Notes under the pieces: model-generated
Database searches by the model: none
Told to the model about the DNA's origin: nothing
Seen by the model: the letters and a program-made list of their open reading frames with translations, nothing else
From: Spirochaetota bacterium
GTDB lineage: Bacteria; Spirochaetota; UBA4802; UBA5550
Direction of reading: 5' to 3'
Assembly (NCBI GenBank): GCA_963663865.1
Contig: OY760686.1
Location: forward strand, 1,280,001 to 1,344,000
DNA length: 64,000 nucleotides
Part shown: piece by piece, positions 48,291-58,550 of the stretch
Numbering within the stretch: position 1 is the first letter of the stretch
How the letters are laid out: the number at the start of each line of letters is the position of its first letter
Translations under genes and position numbers: made by a program

Positions 48291-48782
48291 ATGCATAAAA
48301 AGTTGAGTTTTCTATTTTGTTTTTTAGCGATTATTCTTCTTTCCTGCGCCAGGGTTCCGGACACAATTGATTCTCCCAGCCTGAAAGTCGATTATTCCAT
48401 AGAGAATAACTCTGAGGTGTTCACGGTCTTTTTCAGCGGAGGACTGAGAAACGAGAATTCAGACATTGTTTTTTCGGAAGTGACCGGAAGCGCTGATTTC
48501 TACGTTAAAGGGAACAGTGAGCCTGTTGAACGATTCAGTTTTTACCTTAAAGAGATAATGCCATTCGAAACAGGTATCATCGAAGCTGAGGAGGCAAGGA
48601 CAAAGGAGAGCATAGCCGGTTTTCTGGGGCTAATGGAGCTCGACCGTTCACAGATAGTGAGCGATGGAACATCAGGCGGGTTTTTCCCTGAACCTGGATC
48701 GGTCAGACTCAGCGATTTGAAATTTAAAAAAATACCAATCAACAAATATATCAGAGGAAAGGTTAATGAAGAGAATAAATGA
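48291..48782 (+). CDS. Hypothetical lipoprotein
   Basis: MHKK + hydrophobic stretch + LLSC lipobox. Confidence 0.7.
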   Translation: MHKKLSFLFCFLAIILLSCARVPDTIDSPSLKVDYSIENNSEVFTVFFSGGLRNENSDIVFSEVTGSADFYVKGNSEPVERFSFYLKEIMPFETGIIEAEEARTKESIAGFLGLMELDRSQIVSDGTSGGFFPEPGSVRLSDLKFKKIPINKYIRGKVNEENK

Positions 48783-49212
48783 CAGCAGGCTCTATTTCTG
48801 GTTCGCGTCGTCAGCTCTGGCGCTCGGTTTAATAACAGGAGCAATATCGTCGTATTCGTATTTTTTTGTTGAATCTGAAGTCAGAGAGCTGCTGAACAAA
48901 GAGAGCGATTATCACAAAAACTACTCCGCGGCTTATGTTATACTCCGCGATCCGCAGATATTCGCGCTCTATGAGCATTTCGACGCGGAAGGCGCTGCTG
49001 TAAAGAATTCGCTCCGCTACTTTGATTCCCGCATTTCATCTGGTGCTGAATTTGACAGGCAGGACAAGAAATACCTCGAAGTTCTTATGGACCGCCGTGA
49101 GAAGGGCTCGCTTCTCGGAATGAAGTCTATGCTTTTTCTGTTTTTAGTAAGCCTGCTGGGCTGGGCGGCCTTTGCCTTTGAAAAAATCTCCAGCCGGAGA
49201 GACGGGGCTTAG
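48766..49212 (+). CDS. Hypothetical 2-TM membrane protein
   Basis: N- and C-terminal TM helices; overlaps the upstream gene. Confidence 0.7.
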   Translation: MKRINDSRLYFWFASSALALGLITGAISSYSYFFVESEVRELLNKESDYHKNYSAAYVILRDPQIFALYEHFDAEGAAVKNSLRYFDSRISSGAEFDRQDKKYLEVLMDRREKGSLLGMKSMLFLFLVSLLGWAAFAFEKISSRRDGA

Positions 49213-49258
49213 AGGATATGGGAAGTCCGACAGGTTTGCTGTTCTGTGGAAGACTGAG

Positions 49259-50365
49259 ATGAGCAGAATCATGCTTGTTGATGATGAGCAGCCCGTAAGA
49301 AAGTACCTGTCGGTGGTGCTTGAGGCAAACGGGTACGACGTGTTTACGGCTACTGATGGCAATGACGCTCTTGCTCAGCTCGAAGAAACCCGCGTTGATC
49401 TGATTGTAGCCGACATGAACATGCCGGTTATGGACGGCCTGCAGTTTCTTGAGAAGCTTGCCTCCGAGCGGATATCAAGGGCGCCAGTTCTGATGATGTC
49501 GGGAAGCGCCGGCCTTCAGGAAAAGGTCAGATGCTATCAGCTGGGCGTTTACGATTTCATCGACAAGCCAGAAGAGAACGCGGTTTTCCTAAAGCGTATT
49601 GAGAACGGCCTGAAGATCGGCGAAATGATGAAGTTTAATGACAATATACGCGTTGAGCTTCAGATTTCACGGAAGCTTCAGAAATATCTTTTTCCTGAAC
49701 CGGTTATGTCTGACAAAGGGGTGGGGTTTTCCGTCTATTTCAGGCAGCTTTTTGATATCGGCGGCGATCTCTACGATTATATATACCTCAGAAACGGCAA
49801 GGTGATCTTCATTGTAGCTGATGTGTCAGGACACAGCATCTCGGCTGCGCTGTACACAGCCATTGTAAAAATGGTTTTCAGGAACGCGCTGCGCGATGAG
49901 GAAACGCCAGCCGGGATACTATCCATTATGAACCGGGAGCTGTCGGCCACGCTTCCGGTCGAGCTTTTCGTGACCATGTTCTGCGGAATAATTGATCCGG
50001 AGACAGGCATGCTCTCTTATTCCAACGCTGGTCACCCCAAGCCGTATCTGGCCTCGGCAGGCCGGGTGACAGAGATACCTGGCAATGACTCTTTCCTTGG
50101 TCCGATAAAAGGAGCAAGTTACAGAGACTTTTCAATCAGACTGAAGGCGGGCGATAGTCTAATGGTTTATACTGACGGACTTACCGATTCAATCAAAAAC
50201 TGCGGCGCCGATCTCAGTGTAGAAAAAATAGCCGGGGTTCTCAGGGATAATAGCGGGGCTGCAATACTTGATGGTGTCGGTAAATTGTTCTCTGATTATC
50301 AAATGGACTTCATGGATGACTGTACAATGATGTTTATCAGTTACTCAGGGCATCATTCGCTGTAA
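49259..50365 (+). CDS. Response regulator receiver fused to PP2C (SpoIIE/RsbU-type) phosphatase
   Basis: LVDDE, DMNMPVMDG, KP; IGGDLYD, ADVSGH, NAGHP, YTDG, DDCT. Confidence 0.9.
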   Translation: MSRIMLVDDEQPVRKYLSVVLEANGYDVFTATDGNDALAQLEETRVDLIVADMNMPVMDGLQFLEKLASERISRAPVLMMSGSAGLQEKVRCYQLGVYDFIDKPEENAVFLKRIENGLKIGEMMKFNDNIRVELQISRKLQKYLFPEPVMSDKGVGFSVYFRQLFDIGGDLYDYIYLRNGKVIFIVADVSGHSISAALYTAIVKMVFRNALRDEETPAGILSIMNRELSATLPVELFVTMFCGIIDPETGMLSYSNAGHPKPYLASAGRVTEIPGNDSFLGPIKGASYRDFSIRLKAGDSLMVYTDGLTDSIKNCGADLSVEKIAGVLRDNSGAAILDGVGKLFSDYQMDFMDDCTMMFISYSGHHSL

Positions 50366-50976
50366 ATGATGATATCTCCGTTGCTGTCTACTTTTTGTTT
50401 AAGCTTTGTCTCTCGTTTCCCGGTGTTTTTGTCAGGTCCTCTTCCTGTGTACAGGGTCATCACTCTGTCTACATAGAGCTTAGTCGAGCGGATGTCCGGT
50501 ACCCTCATGTTTTTTCTTACAGCGCCAGCTCCCGCGTGGTAGGCGGCGAGCGCCAGCGGAACGCTGTTGTCGAATTGTGCCATCATGGCCTTAAAGTGTT
50601 TAACCCCTGCCCTGATGTTCTGTTCCGGCTCAAGTGGGTCGTCTACCCCGTAAATCTCCGCGGTTGCCTGCATCAGCTGCATTAGTCCCATCGCTCCGGC
50701 TTCTGATACGGCGTGAGGCACGAAATCCGATTCAGCCTTAATTATGCACTTTATCAGCTTGCTGTCGATGTTTTCTTCTTCTGCAATACGGTCTATCATT
50801 GTATCGAATCTGCTCTCGGGGAGTTTGGCGGGGGGATGGTGGCGTTTTGAAACAGTCCGGCTCGCCGTGTTTGTGAAGGTGATATTACCGAGGCTGTCCA
50901 CCATGGCCGTAACCCGTCCGTACAGCGCGGGGCTGATGAAAAGCGCGGCAAGAAGCAATGGCAGCCAGTATTTCAA
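50353..50976 (-). CDS. SLT-domain lytic transglycosylase
   Basis: AES.F, GAMGLMQLM, ALAAYHAG. Confidence 0.9.
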   Translation of the reverse strand: MKYWLPLLLAALFISPALYGRVTAMVDSLGNITFTNTASRTVSKRHHPPAKLPESRFDTMIDRIAEEENIDSKLIKCIIKAESDFVPHAVSEAGAMGLMQLMQATAEIYGVDDPLEPEQNIRAGVKHFKAMMAQFDNSVPLALAAYHAGAGAVRKNMRVPDIRSTKLYVDRVMTLYTGRGPDKNTGKRETKLKQKVDSNGDIIIYSE

Positions 50977-50993
50977 TGAGGGCCTCCGTAATC

Positions 50994-51470
50994 TTACTCG
51001 TAGACAACGCCCTTGAAGCTTCCAGCGATAGAGATGCCGGAACCGCAGACATCAGCATAGTTCAGAACAGCTTCAGCATAGCTGTCATCAGTGCCGGTTG
51101 CTGAAAGGGTGGGCGCTGATGAAAAGATTATCTCTTCGGCCACGTCAGAACACCCATAGACAGCCGAACCGTCTTTCAGAAAAACCCTGTAGTTCTCTTG
51201 TCCTTCAGGCTTGAATACTTTGAGAATGACGCTGCCGTCGCTGCTCCTGACTGCAATGGCTCCATTGTAGTAGACAGCCACGCAGCTTTCTCCGGAGCAA
51301 TCCGGAAGAGAACCAACGGCCGGATGTGTTTTGGTATCTGACCATGAAAAACCTGAGGTGAAATCAATCTCAGTGAAGCTGTCCTCGCTGTCAGAGCTGG
51401 TCTGGCTTCCGCAGGCAGTAATGGAAGCTGCTGCCACTACTAAGAGTATTCGGTAGATATAATTTAACAT
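50994..51470 (-). CDS. Hypothetical lipoprotein
   Basis: Lipobox ITAC; Ser-rich tether; four more Cys. Confidence 0.7.
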   Translation of the reverse strand: MLNYIYRILLVVAAASITACGSQTSSDSEDSFTEIDFTSGFSWSDTKTHPAVGSLPDCSGESCVAVYYNGAIAVRSSDGSVILKVFKPEGQENYRVFLKDGSAVYGCSDVAEEIIFSSAPTLSATGTDDSYAEAVLNYADVCGSGISIAGSFKGVVYE

Positions 51471-51901
51471 GTCGGCTATTCCTGTTTAATTTTTATAGTT
51501 TTAAGCAGTATCTATGGGGCCTTCTATTTATGGCACGCCATTCAGATTTAAAGCATGTCATGAAGTTACAATACAGTAAAAATTTGTCAACAGTCTTGAG
51601 GTTTTTACTTTAAATGATGGTTTTTTTTGCGGTAGAGGAGATAGAGGAGATAGAAGAGGAATAATTTGTAGTTCCCGTATATTTTATAATAGCATGTCGG
51701 TTTTGTTAATGACGTATAGATACCGTTCCGGGGATTATTGCACCGTTGATTTTTTGAATAATTAGGTCTGAGGCAGACAGATTTGATTGACGATCGGCCC
51801 ATTATGTGAATAATTATTAATCTGTCAGCTCTGTTATTCAACCTGAGGGAAAGAGCTTTTTCACTCAGGTAATGAGAGGATTTTCTTTTTTTCGGAGTTT
51901 T

Positions 51902-53353
51902 ATGGCATATTCACAGAGACTTGATCTTAAACAGTCGCAAAAGCTGGTGTTGACTCAGACTATGCGTCAGGGGCTTGAGATGCTTCAGATGTCTTCCCTT
52001 GAATTATCGGACCTGATTGCCGTTCAGCTTCTTGAGAATCCGGCGCTCGAGGAGGATATGAGAGCGGAAGATGAATCTTCCGGACCCGTGGAATCCCAGA
52101 TAGCGGAAAATCTGAGCGGAACCTCCGACACAATGAGCCGCGAGGAGATTAACGGAGCTTACGATGACGGGACTGATTCCGGCTACAGCTATACCTACCA
52201 GCACGATGAATCAAAACAGAATTACATTGAAAATGCCGTTTCTCATCATGAGACATTGAAGGATCACCTGATATGGCAGGCACGAATGACGGCAGAGAGC
52301 GATTCAGAATATGAGCTCTATTTAAGAGTCATAACCTCGCTTGACGATCATGGATTTATTACCCAGCCTTTAACCGATTTAGCCGAAAGCGCCGGATGCA
52401 GCGGGAAAATATTTCAGGAAGCGGTCGACAAGGTGAGACTGTTCGATCCTGTGGGATGCGCTGTCCCGGGCATCAGAGAGAGCCTTCTTGTGCAGGCCCG
52501 GCACTATTTCCCGGATGAGCCCGACGCGGCGTTGATACTTGAGAAGTGTTTCCCCGAGCTTGAGAGCCTGAATTACGAGAAGATATCGGCCGTCACTGGT
52601 TTAGAGGTGAGCCGGATTATTGAGATGAGCAGAATAATTCAGAAGCTTGACCCTTTTCCCGCGAGAAACTTTTCTTCCCGGAGCGAATCATATATAGTAC
52701 CCGATGCGGAGGTTCTTCTTGTTGAGGGAGAACCCATGGTCTTTTTAAACGACGGCTGGATTCCAGGGATCAGGCTGAATTCCTATTGTCTTGATTTGCT
52801 GAAGAACAGGAAAACTGAGGGAGAAACCCTGCTGTATCTCCAGGAAAAGGTACAGGAGGCAAGGTCGCTGCTGAGAAATATTACCGGCAGAAGGGAGACT
52901 CTTCTTAAGGTTGTCAGGGCGATTGTTGGACGTCAGACTGAATTCTTCAGATCCGGACCTGGCAATCTGAGGCCTCTGACGCACTTTGAAATAGCGGAGA
53001 TTACCGGCTTTCACGAGTCCACCGTTTCAAGGGCTGTAGCCGGGAAGTACCTGCAGTCTCACTGGGGAACCTTTGAGCTGAAGTATTTCTTCGTTTCCAG
53101 AATCAGGGCTGTCGATGATGAGCCGGGTGAGGAAGCTTCGTCAGACAGGGTTAAGTATATGATAGAAGAGCTTGTTAAAGGAGAGAGCAGATCTAAACCA
53201 TTAAGCGATGAGGATATACGAATTAAATTGGAGGAAGGAGGTGTTAATGTTGCGAGACGTACCGTGGCAAAGTATAGAGGAATTATGAATATTCCTTCTG
53301 CTGCCATGCGTAAAAAAATCTACATGATAAAATCAGAGGAGAGTGGCTTATGA
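51902..53353 (+). CDS. rpoN: RNA polymerase sigma-54 factor
   Basis: Q/L-rich region I, ENP.LE, HESTVSR, ELKYFF, RpoN box ARRTVAKYR. Confidence 0.96.
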   Translation: MAYSQRLDLKQSQKLVLTQTMRQGLEMLQMSSLELSDLIAVQLLENPALEEDMRAEDESSGPVESQIAENLSGTSDTMSREEINGAYDDGTDSGYSYTYQHDESKQNYIENAVSHHETLKDHLIWQARMTAESDSEYELYLRVITSLDDHGFITQPLTDLAESAGCSGKIFQEAVDKVRLFDPVGCAVPGIRESLLVQARHYFPDEPDAALILEKCFPELESLNYEKISAVTGLEVSRIIEMSRIIQKLDPFPARNFSSRSESYIVPDAEVLLVEGEPMVFLNDGWIPGIRLNSYCLDLLKNRKTEGETLLYLQEKVQEARSLLRNITGRRETLLKVVRAIVGRQTEFFRSGPGNLRPLTHFEIAEITGFHESTVSRAVAGKYLQSHWGTFELKYFFVSRIRAVDDEPGEEASSDRVKYMIEELVKGESRSKPLSDEDIRIKLEEGGVNVARRTVAKYRGIMNIPSAAMRKKIYMIKSEESGL

Positions 53354-54147
53354 ACATCAAAATTACCGGAAGACATATTACAGTTACTCCTGCCCTGCAG
53401 GACTATGCCACCAGAAAAATTGAAAAACTTCAGAGATATTTTCAGCAGCTGTTCGATGTCCATGTCGTCATGTATCTCGAAAAGCTTGACCGCGGAGTCG
53501 AAGTCCTCATAAACGGAGATGGGGTCCAGTTTCACGGACGCGAGAACAGCGAGACTTTTTTTGCTTCAATAGATCTTCTGATTGATAAGCTTGAAAAACA
53601 GATAGTTAAATACAAGGGAAAGATGACTGCTCATAAGGGAATGCGCAATGAGATTCCGGATGAACTGTTAAGAATAGAACGTGAGGGAGAGCCTGGTGTG
53701 ACAATGAATCAGGTCAGCCCTAAACCTGTTGATAAAATTGAGGCTTTCCTGCAGATGAAAAACGGCAGGAACGATTTTATTCTTTTTAAAATGGGGGTTG
53801 ACATACACGGAGCCGAGGCTGAATGTTTTAATAAGTGTTACGCGCTGATTTTCAGAGATGGCGATGATTACAGGATGGCCGAGGTTCCTTATGAAGATGG
53901 TTCTCACGAGGAAAGCCGCATTGTTGAGTATAATATCAACGTTATAGACGAAACGCCGGCCAACCCCAATATCAGATTTAAAAAGGCCGCTTCATCTACT
54001 GTTAAATCCATGAGTCTTGACGAGGCGATTGATTCTCTTCAGGGTGACGGCTTAAAGTTTGTGCCTTTTTATAACAGGGATTCAAGGTATTTCAATGTTG
54101 TGTATAAATCCGGCGGGAAATGCGAGGTGATGGTGCCGGCTTTTTAG
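53350..54147 (+). CDS. hpf: Long ribosome hibernation factor with two C-terminal S30AE-like domains
   Basis: MNIKITGRH..VT.AL..Y...KI.KL and KLEKQ..KYK; two EA..QM/L...F..F repeats. Confidence 0.88.
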   Translation: MNIKITGRHITVTPALQDYATRKIEKLQRYFQQLFDVHVVMYLEKLDRGVEVLINGDGVQFHGRENSETFFASIDLLIDKLEKQIVKYKGKMTAHKGMRNEIPDELLRIEREGEPGVTMNQVSPKPVDKIEAFLQMKNGRNDFILFKMGVDIHGAEAECFNKCYALIFRDGDDYRMAEVPYEDGSHEESRIVEYNINVIDETPANPNIRFKKAASSTVKSMSLDEAIDSLQGDGLKFVPFYNRDSRYFNVVYKSGGKCEVMVPAF

Positions 54148-54158
54148 CCGGCATTTTT
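54134..54158 (+). terminator. Intrinsic terminator overlapping the hpf stop
   Basis: TGCCGGCT-TTTT-AGCCGGCA-TTTTT. Confidence 0.55.
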
Positions 54159-54169
54159 CAGGTAGTTGA

Positions 54170-55114
54170 ATGGACAAAAAACTGATAATTGCAAACTTTC
54201 TTGACGATACTCCCAGGGTCGATCTGCAGCTCTCCCTTCTTGCGGGCAAAAGCGGACTGAAAAAAACGGTTACCCTGAGCGACATCAACAGGCCAGGTCT
54301 TACCCTTGCAGGATTCTTCGATTTTTTCGCTCATGACCGGATTCAGATTTTCGGACTCGGAGAAACAGCATACATGAGGCAGCTTCTTCCTGAAAACAGG
54401 AGCTCTGTTTACTCCAAATTCTTTTCATACGAGGTTCTCTGCTGCATTTTTACGCATAATGAAAAACCTGATGATCTGTTTCTGAGGTTTGCTGATGAAG
54501 CAGGGGTTCCTGTCATGGTGACACGGCGTGACACAACCCGCTTTACCAGCATACTGATACATTTTCTTGACAGTATTTTTGCGCCCAAAGTCACCCTGCA
54601 CGCAACGCTGGTTGATGTGTTTGGAATAGGAATTCTTCTCATGGGCAAGAGCGGTGTTGGGAAGAGCGAATGCGCGCTTGAGCTTGTGGAAAGGGGACAC
54701 AGGCTTGTCGCCGACGATATGGTAACTGTAAAAAAAGCCGACGAGACAATGCTTATGGGAAGCGGTTCTCCGCTGCTGAAGCATCACATGGAAATAAGGG
54801 GGCTGGGCATTATCAATGTTCAGGATATATTCGGCATCCGTTCCGTGAGAAACAGAAAGAGGATTGAACTGGTCGCTCTACTTGAGGAATGGGACGCCAA
54901 TACAGAATATGACCGTCTCGGGCTTGAAGAAAAAAAATATACAATTCTTGACATAGATGTTCCCTTCATTACAGTACCTGTCAGGCCGGGTAGAAATATT
55001 CCAATCATAATTGAAGCGGCTGCCCTTGACCAGAGGCTTAAAAAAAGCGGCACACATTCGGCCAGGGACCTGGACAAAAGGATTCAGGACTGGATCAGCA
55101 CGGAGAAGAAATAA
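54170..55114 (+). CDS. hprK: HPr kinase/phosphorylase
   Basis: INRPGL.LAGFF, GKSGVGKSECALEL, LVADD, MEIRGLGII, PVRPGRN. Confidence 0.96.
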   Translation: MDKKLIIANFLDDTPRVDLQLSLLAGKSGLKKTVTLSDINRPGLTLAGFFDFFAHDRIQIFGLGETAYMRQLLPENRSSVYSKFFSYEVLCCIFTHNEKPDDLFLRFADEAGVPVMVTRRDTTRFTSILIHFLDSIFAPKVTLHATLVDVFGIGILLMGKSGVGKSECALELVERGHRLVADDMVTVKKADETMLMGSGSPLLKHHMEIRGLGIINVQDIFGIRSVRNRKRIELVALLEEWDANTEYDRLGLEEKKYTILDIDVPFITVPVRPGRNIPIIIEAAALDQRLKKSGTHSARDLDKRIQDWISTEKK

Positions 55115-55117
55115 TAG

Positions 55118-55384
55118 ATGAAACAAAAAGAGGTTGTTGTTACCAGCGATGCAGGGGTGCACGCGAGACCGGCTATGATGCTGGTGAGGGAGGCGATGAA
55201 GTATCCCTGTTCTGTCACACTGGTAAAAGACGATATAGAAGCAGACTGCAAGTCAATAATGTCCGTTCTGGGGCTTGCGATTATCTCTGGTTCAAGACTT
55301 GTTGTTAAGGCAGAGGGAGATCGGGAGGGCGAGGTCGTTGACAGGCTCGTTCAGATGATTGAAACTGACTTTAACGCGGTTTGA
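55118..55384 (+). CDS. ptsH: Phosphocarrier HPr
   Basis: GVHARPA and KSIMSVL motifs. Confidence 0.92.
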   Translation: MKQKEVVVTSDAGVHARPAMMLVREAMKYPCSVTLVKDDIEADCKSIMSVLGLAIISGSRLVVKAEGDREGEVVDRLVQMIETDFNAV

Positions 55385-55420
55385 CGGCAGTCCCGCTTTT
55401 CGAGCGGGGTTAAATATCCA

Positions 55421-57202
55421 ATGAAAAAAAGAGTACATGGAAGGTTTTTCCGCATTGAGGAAAGCTCGTTTGAAGATGTAGTCTTCCTTATAGGCGTCTT
55501 CATATTCTTTGCTGTTCTTGTTCTGGGCCTTTTTCCCGGTAAGGACGGCGAGCTCTTTATGGGCAAGGATTTCTTCGTTTACGCGATAATGCTTGTCCCC
55601 ACTATCGCCGCTATATATTTCATAATAATATCGTTTCGGAGAAATCTTTACCTTGATTCCTTCAGGATAGGGTCCAGCTTCAAAAACAAGATGGTTCTTG
55701 CCTTCGTATTCGTAGCTATTCTCTCATCGCTTCCCATAATATTTGCCGCAAACAGCTTTTTTCATAAAATAATAATCAGCCTGACAACAGACCGGACGTC
55801 GGCGGCCATGGCCGAGGCGGTCAACATGTCAGAAGAAAGAAAGGTTCAAATCGCAGATGATATTTCGGCCGAGTTGAAGTCTGCTGATTATATAATATCC
55901 TCTATACCCGCCGCAGCGGGGAATGTTTTTCAGAAGATCATTGCCGGTTTAAATGCCAAGGGATACAGATCGGTTGTTTTTGATTCCTTGCTGAAAACTG
56001 CGGCCTTTGACCCGGATTCGGAGGAGTTCCTGATAGCGGAGTTTTATAGAAACCGACTGAAAAAAACGGATTTCAGCCGTGACAGGATTCATCTTAACGG
56101 AAAGGAATACATTGCCGGATTTATGAAGAAAGAGCGTTATGCACTTGCGCTATTTCGTCCCGTTCCGGATATTCTTCATCAGCGTGCCACGCTCTTTAAT
56201 AACTCCATGGAGGATTTTGTAAGGCACTCTTATTTGCAGAATTACTTCATGAATAGAGGGGGCGCCTTCTTTATCTCCATATCGCTTGTAGTGATTTTTA
56301 TTGCTGTTGTCATCAGCCTGTATCTTTCAAGAAACATCACCAAGCCTGTCCTGGAACTCGCTGAGGCGTCCAGAAACCTCGCTTATGGGGACTTCAATGT
56401 GCGCTTAAACAAAAAGACCGATGATGAGATAGGTCAGCTTATTACCTCCTTCAACAGAATGGTCGAAGAGCTTGACAATAACCGGAAACTGATGTACCAG
56501 AAGCAGGTCCTTGAAAGCTGGAGGGACATTGCCCGGAGGGTCGTCCATGAGATCAAGAACCCGCTGACTCCGATTGTTCTTTCAGCGGAAAGAATGCGCA
56601 AAAGATACGTTGAGAAAAGCCCGGATTTCGGCTCAATCCTTATATCTGGTACGGATACCATTATCGAAGAAGTCAACACTTTGAAGAAGATACTCAGCGA
56701 GTTCACAAAATTTGCCAGGCTTCCGCAGATGAACCCTGAGTGGAATACCCTGAAAGATATTCTTTCAGGCTGTGTTGTCTTTTTCTCAGGGCATGAAGAT
56801 GTAAAATTTCATCTGAGTGTTTCGGATGACAGGCTGTCTGTTTACGCTGATAAGCTTCTTGTAAAGCAGGCCATTAACAATATTATTCAGAACGCAGTTG
56901 ACGCTGTGGGCGCAAAAGGGAATATTGGAATTAGCGCTTTCTATCAAAAAACAGCCGGAAAGGACCTTGTGAAAATTGTTGTTTCAGATGACGGCATAGG
57001 CATTCTGGAAGAGGATTTGCCGAATGTTTTCAAGCCTGGATTTACGAAAAAAAAGACTGGGACCGGCCTCGGGCTCTCAATAGTCGAAAAGATAATCATC
57101 GAACACGGCGGAAGGGTATACTGTAAAAGGCGGGATGAAAGGGGAATGGAGTTCATAATTGAACTTCCCGGCCGTCCCGATCCGGAGGAGATTCATGGCT
57201 AA
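55421..57202 (+). CDS. NtrY-like membrane HAMP histidine kinase
   Basis: TM helices, HAMP DEIGQL..SFN.M, WRDIARRVVHEIKNPLTPI, GTGLGL. Confidence 0.9.
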   Translation: MKKRVHGRFFRIEESSFEDVVFLIGVFIFFAVLVLGLFPGKDGELFMGKDFFVYAIMLVPTIAAIYFIIISFRRNLYLDSFRIGSSFKNKMVLAFVFVAILSSLPIIFAANSFFHKIIISLTTDRTSAAMAEAVNMSEERKVQIADDISAELKSADYIISSIPAAAGNVFQKIIAGLNAKGYRSVVFDSLLKTAAFDPDSEEFLIAEFYRNRLKKTDFSRDRIHLNGKEYIAGFMKKERYALALFRPVPDILHQRATLFNNSMEDFVRHSYLQNYFMNRGGAFFISISLVVIFIAVVISLYLSRNITKPVLELAEASRNLAYGDFNVRLNKKTDDEIGQLITSFNRMVEELDNNRKLMYQKQVLESWRDIARRVVHEIKNPLTPIVLSAERMRKRYVEKSPDFGSILISGTDTIIEEVNTLKKILSEFTKFARLPQMNPEWNTLKDILSGCVVFFSGHEDVKFHLSVSDDRLSVYADKLLVKQAINNIIQNAVDAVGAKGNIGISAFYQKTAGKDLVKIVVSDDGIGILEEDLPNVFKPGFTKKKTGTGLGLSIVEKIIIEHGGRVYCKRRDERGMEFIIELPGRPDPEEIHG

Positions 57203-58550
57203 AATTCTTATTGTGGATGATGAACCAAATATAATAAAGACTCTCAGCTCAATTTTAGAGGACGAAAACCACAGGGTTTTTTCAGCTTTGAACGGAGAAG
57301 AGGCGCTTCAGATTTTCAGGGGGAAAGAGGTCGATCTCGTTATTCTTGATGTGTGGCTTCCTGATGCGGACGGAAATGATCTTTTGGAAAAAATCAAGAA
57401 ACTACGTCCGGAAACGGCGGTAATAATGATTTCCGGGCACGGATCAATAGATATTGCTGTAAAGTCCACCAGAATGGGGGCTTTTGATTTTCTTGAAAAG
57501 CCGCCATCCCTTGAGCGGGTCATAACGGCTGTAAACAACGCGCTTGAACAGGTTCGTCTCAGGCGTGAAAATCTTGAGCTCAGGAAAGAGTATAAGTCTG
57601 GTGATGAGATGGTGGGATCGAGTGCCCAGATTTTGGAGATTAAGAGCATTATTGAAACCGCGGCAAAAACAAGCGCGCGGGTTCTTATCACAGGAGAGAG
57701 CGGAACCGGCAAGGAGCTGATTGCGAAGGCCATCTATCAGCGCTCAAGGCGCTGCGGCAGGCCCTTTATCAAGGTAAACTGCGCAGCTATCCCAGATGAT
57801 CTTATTGAAAGCGAGCTGTTCGGCCACGAAAAGGGCTCATTTACCGGTGCGGTTTCAAGGCGCATCGGGAAGTTTGAGGCCGCTGACAGCGGAACTATCT
57901 TTCTTGATGAGATTTGCGATATGAGCCTCTCCGCCCAGGCCAAGGTGCTCAGGGTTCTTCAGGAACAGCAGTTCGAAAGGGTGGGCGGAAACGAAACGAT
58001 TACTGTTGATGTCAGGGTAATCGCCGCGACAAATATTGACATTAAGGCAGCTGTTGATGAGGGAAAGTTCAGAGAAGACCTGTATTACAGGCTCAATGTA
58101 ATTCCGATAACAGCGCCATCTCTTACTGACAGGGCAGAGGATATTCCTCTTCTGGTGAATTTCTTCCTCGAAATGTTCAGCAACGAGCATGGAATAGGCA
58201 GAAAGGAGGTTACTGCGGCCGGAATGGAATTGATGAAGTTGCATAACTGGCCGGGCAATGTGAGGGAGCTTAAGAATGTTGTTGAAAGGCTTGTCGTTAT
58301 GGTCCCTTCTGAGTTGATTGATGAAAACGAGATCAAAAAAAACCTGGAGTCGTACGACTATGACGACCTCATATCCGGTAGGACGTCTCCGCTTAAGCAG
58401 GCAAGAGAAATGTTCGAAAGGGACTATATAATTGAGGCACTTAAAAAAAATGGGAAAAATATCACCAGCACGGCAAAGCAGCTTGGTATAGAGCGGACAA
58501 ATCTCCACAGAAAAATAAACAACTATCATATTGACGTGGATAAGATATGA
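57195..58550 (+). CDS. NtrX-like sigma54-dependent response regulator
   Basis: DVWLP, MISGHG, GESGTGKE, KGSFTGA, WPGNVREL, ERTNLHRK. Confidence 0.92.
   Translation: MAKILIVDDEPNIIKTLSSILEDENHRVFSALNGEEALQIFRGKEVDLVILDVWLPDADGNDLLEKIKKLRPETAVIMISGHGSIDIAVKSTRMGAFDFLEKPPSLERVITAVNNALEQVRLRRENLELRKEYKSGDEMVGSSAQILEIKSIIETAAKTSARVLITGESGTGKELIAKAIYQRSRRCGRPFIKVNCAAIPDDLIESELFGHEKGSFTGAVSRRIGKFEAADSGTIFLDEICDMSLSAQAKVLRVLQEQQFERVGGNETITVDVRVIAATNIDIKAAVDEGKFREDLYYRLNVIPITAPSLTDRAEDIPLLVNFFLEMFSNEHGIGRKEVTAAGMELMKLHNWPGNVRELKNVVERLVVMVPSELIDENEIKKNLESYDYDDLISGRTSPLKQAREMFERDYIIEALKKNGKNITSTAKQLGIERTNLHRKINNYHIDVDKI

Noticed and set aside
51531-51546. sigma54 promoter upstream of rpoN (TGGCACG)
   Set aside because: No TTGC at the -12 position.
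51633-51660. TAGAGGAGA tandem repeat and ORF 51605-51841
   Set aside because: Two to three low-complexity copies; the ORF looks non-coding.
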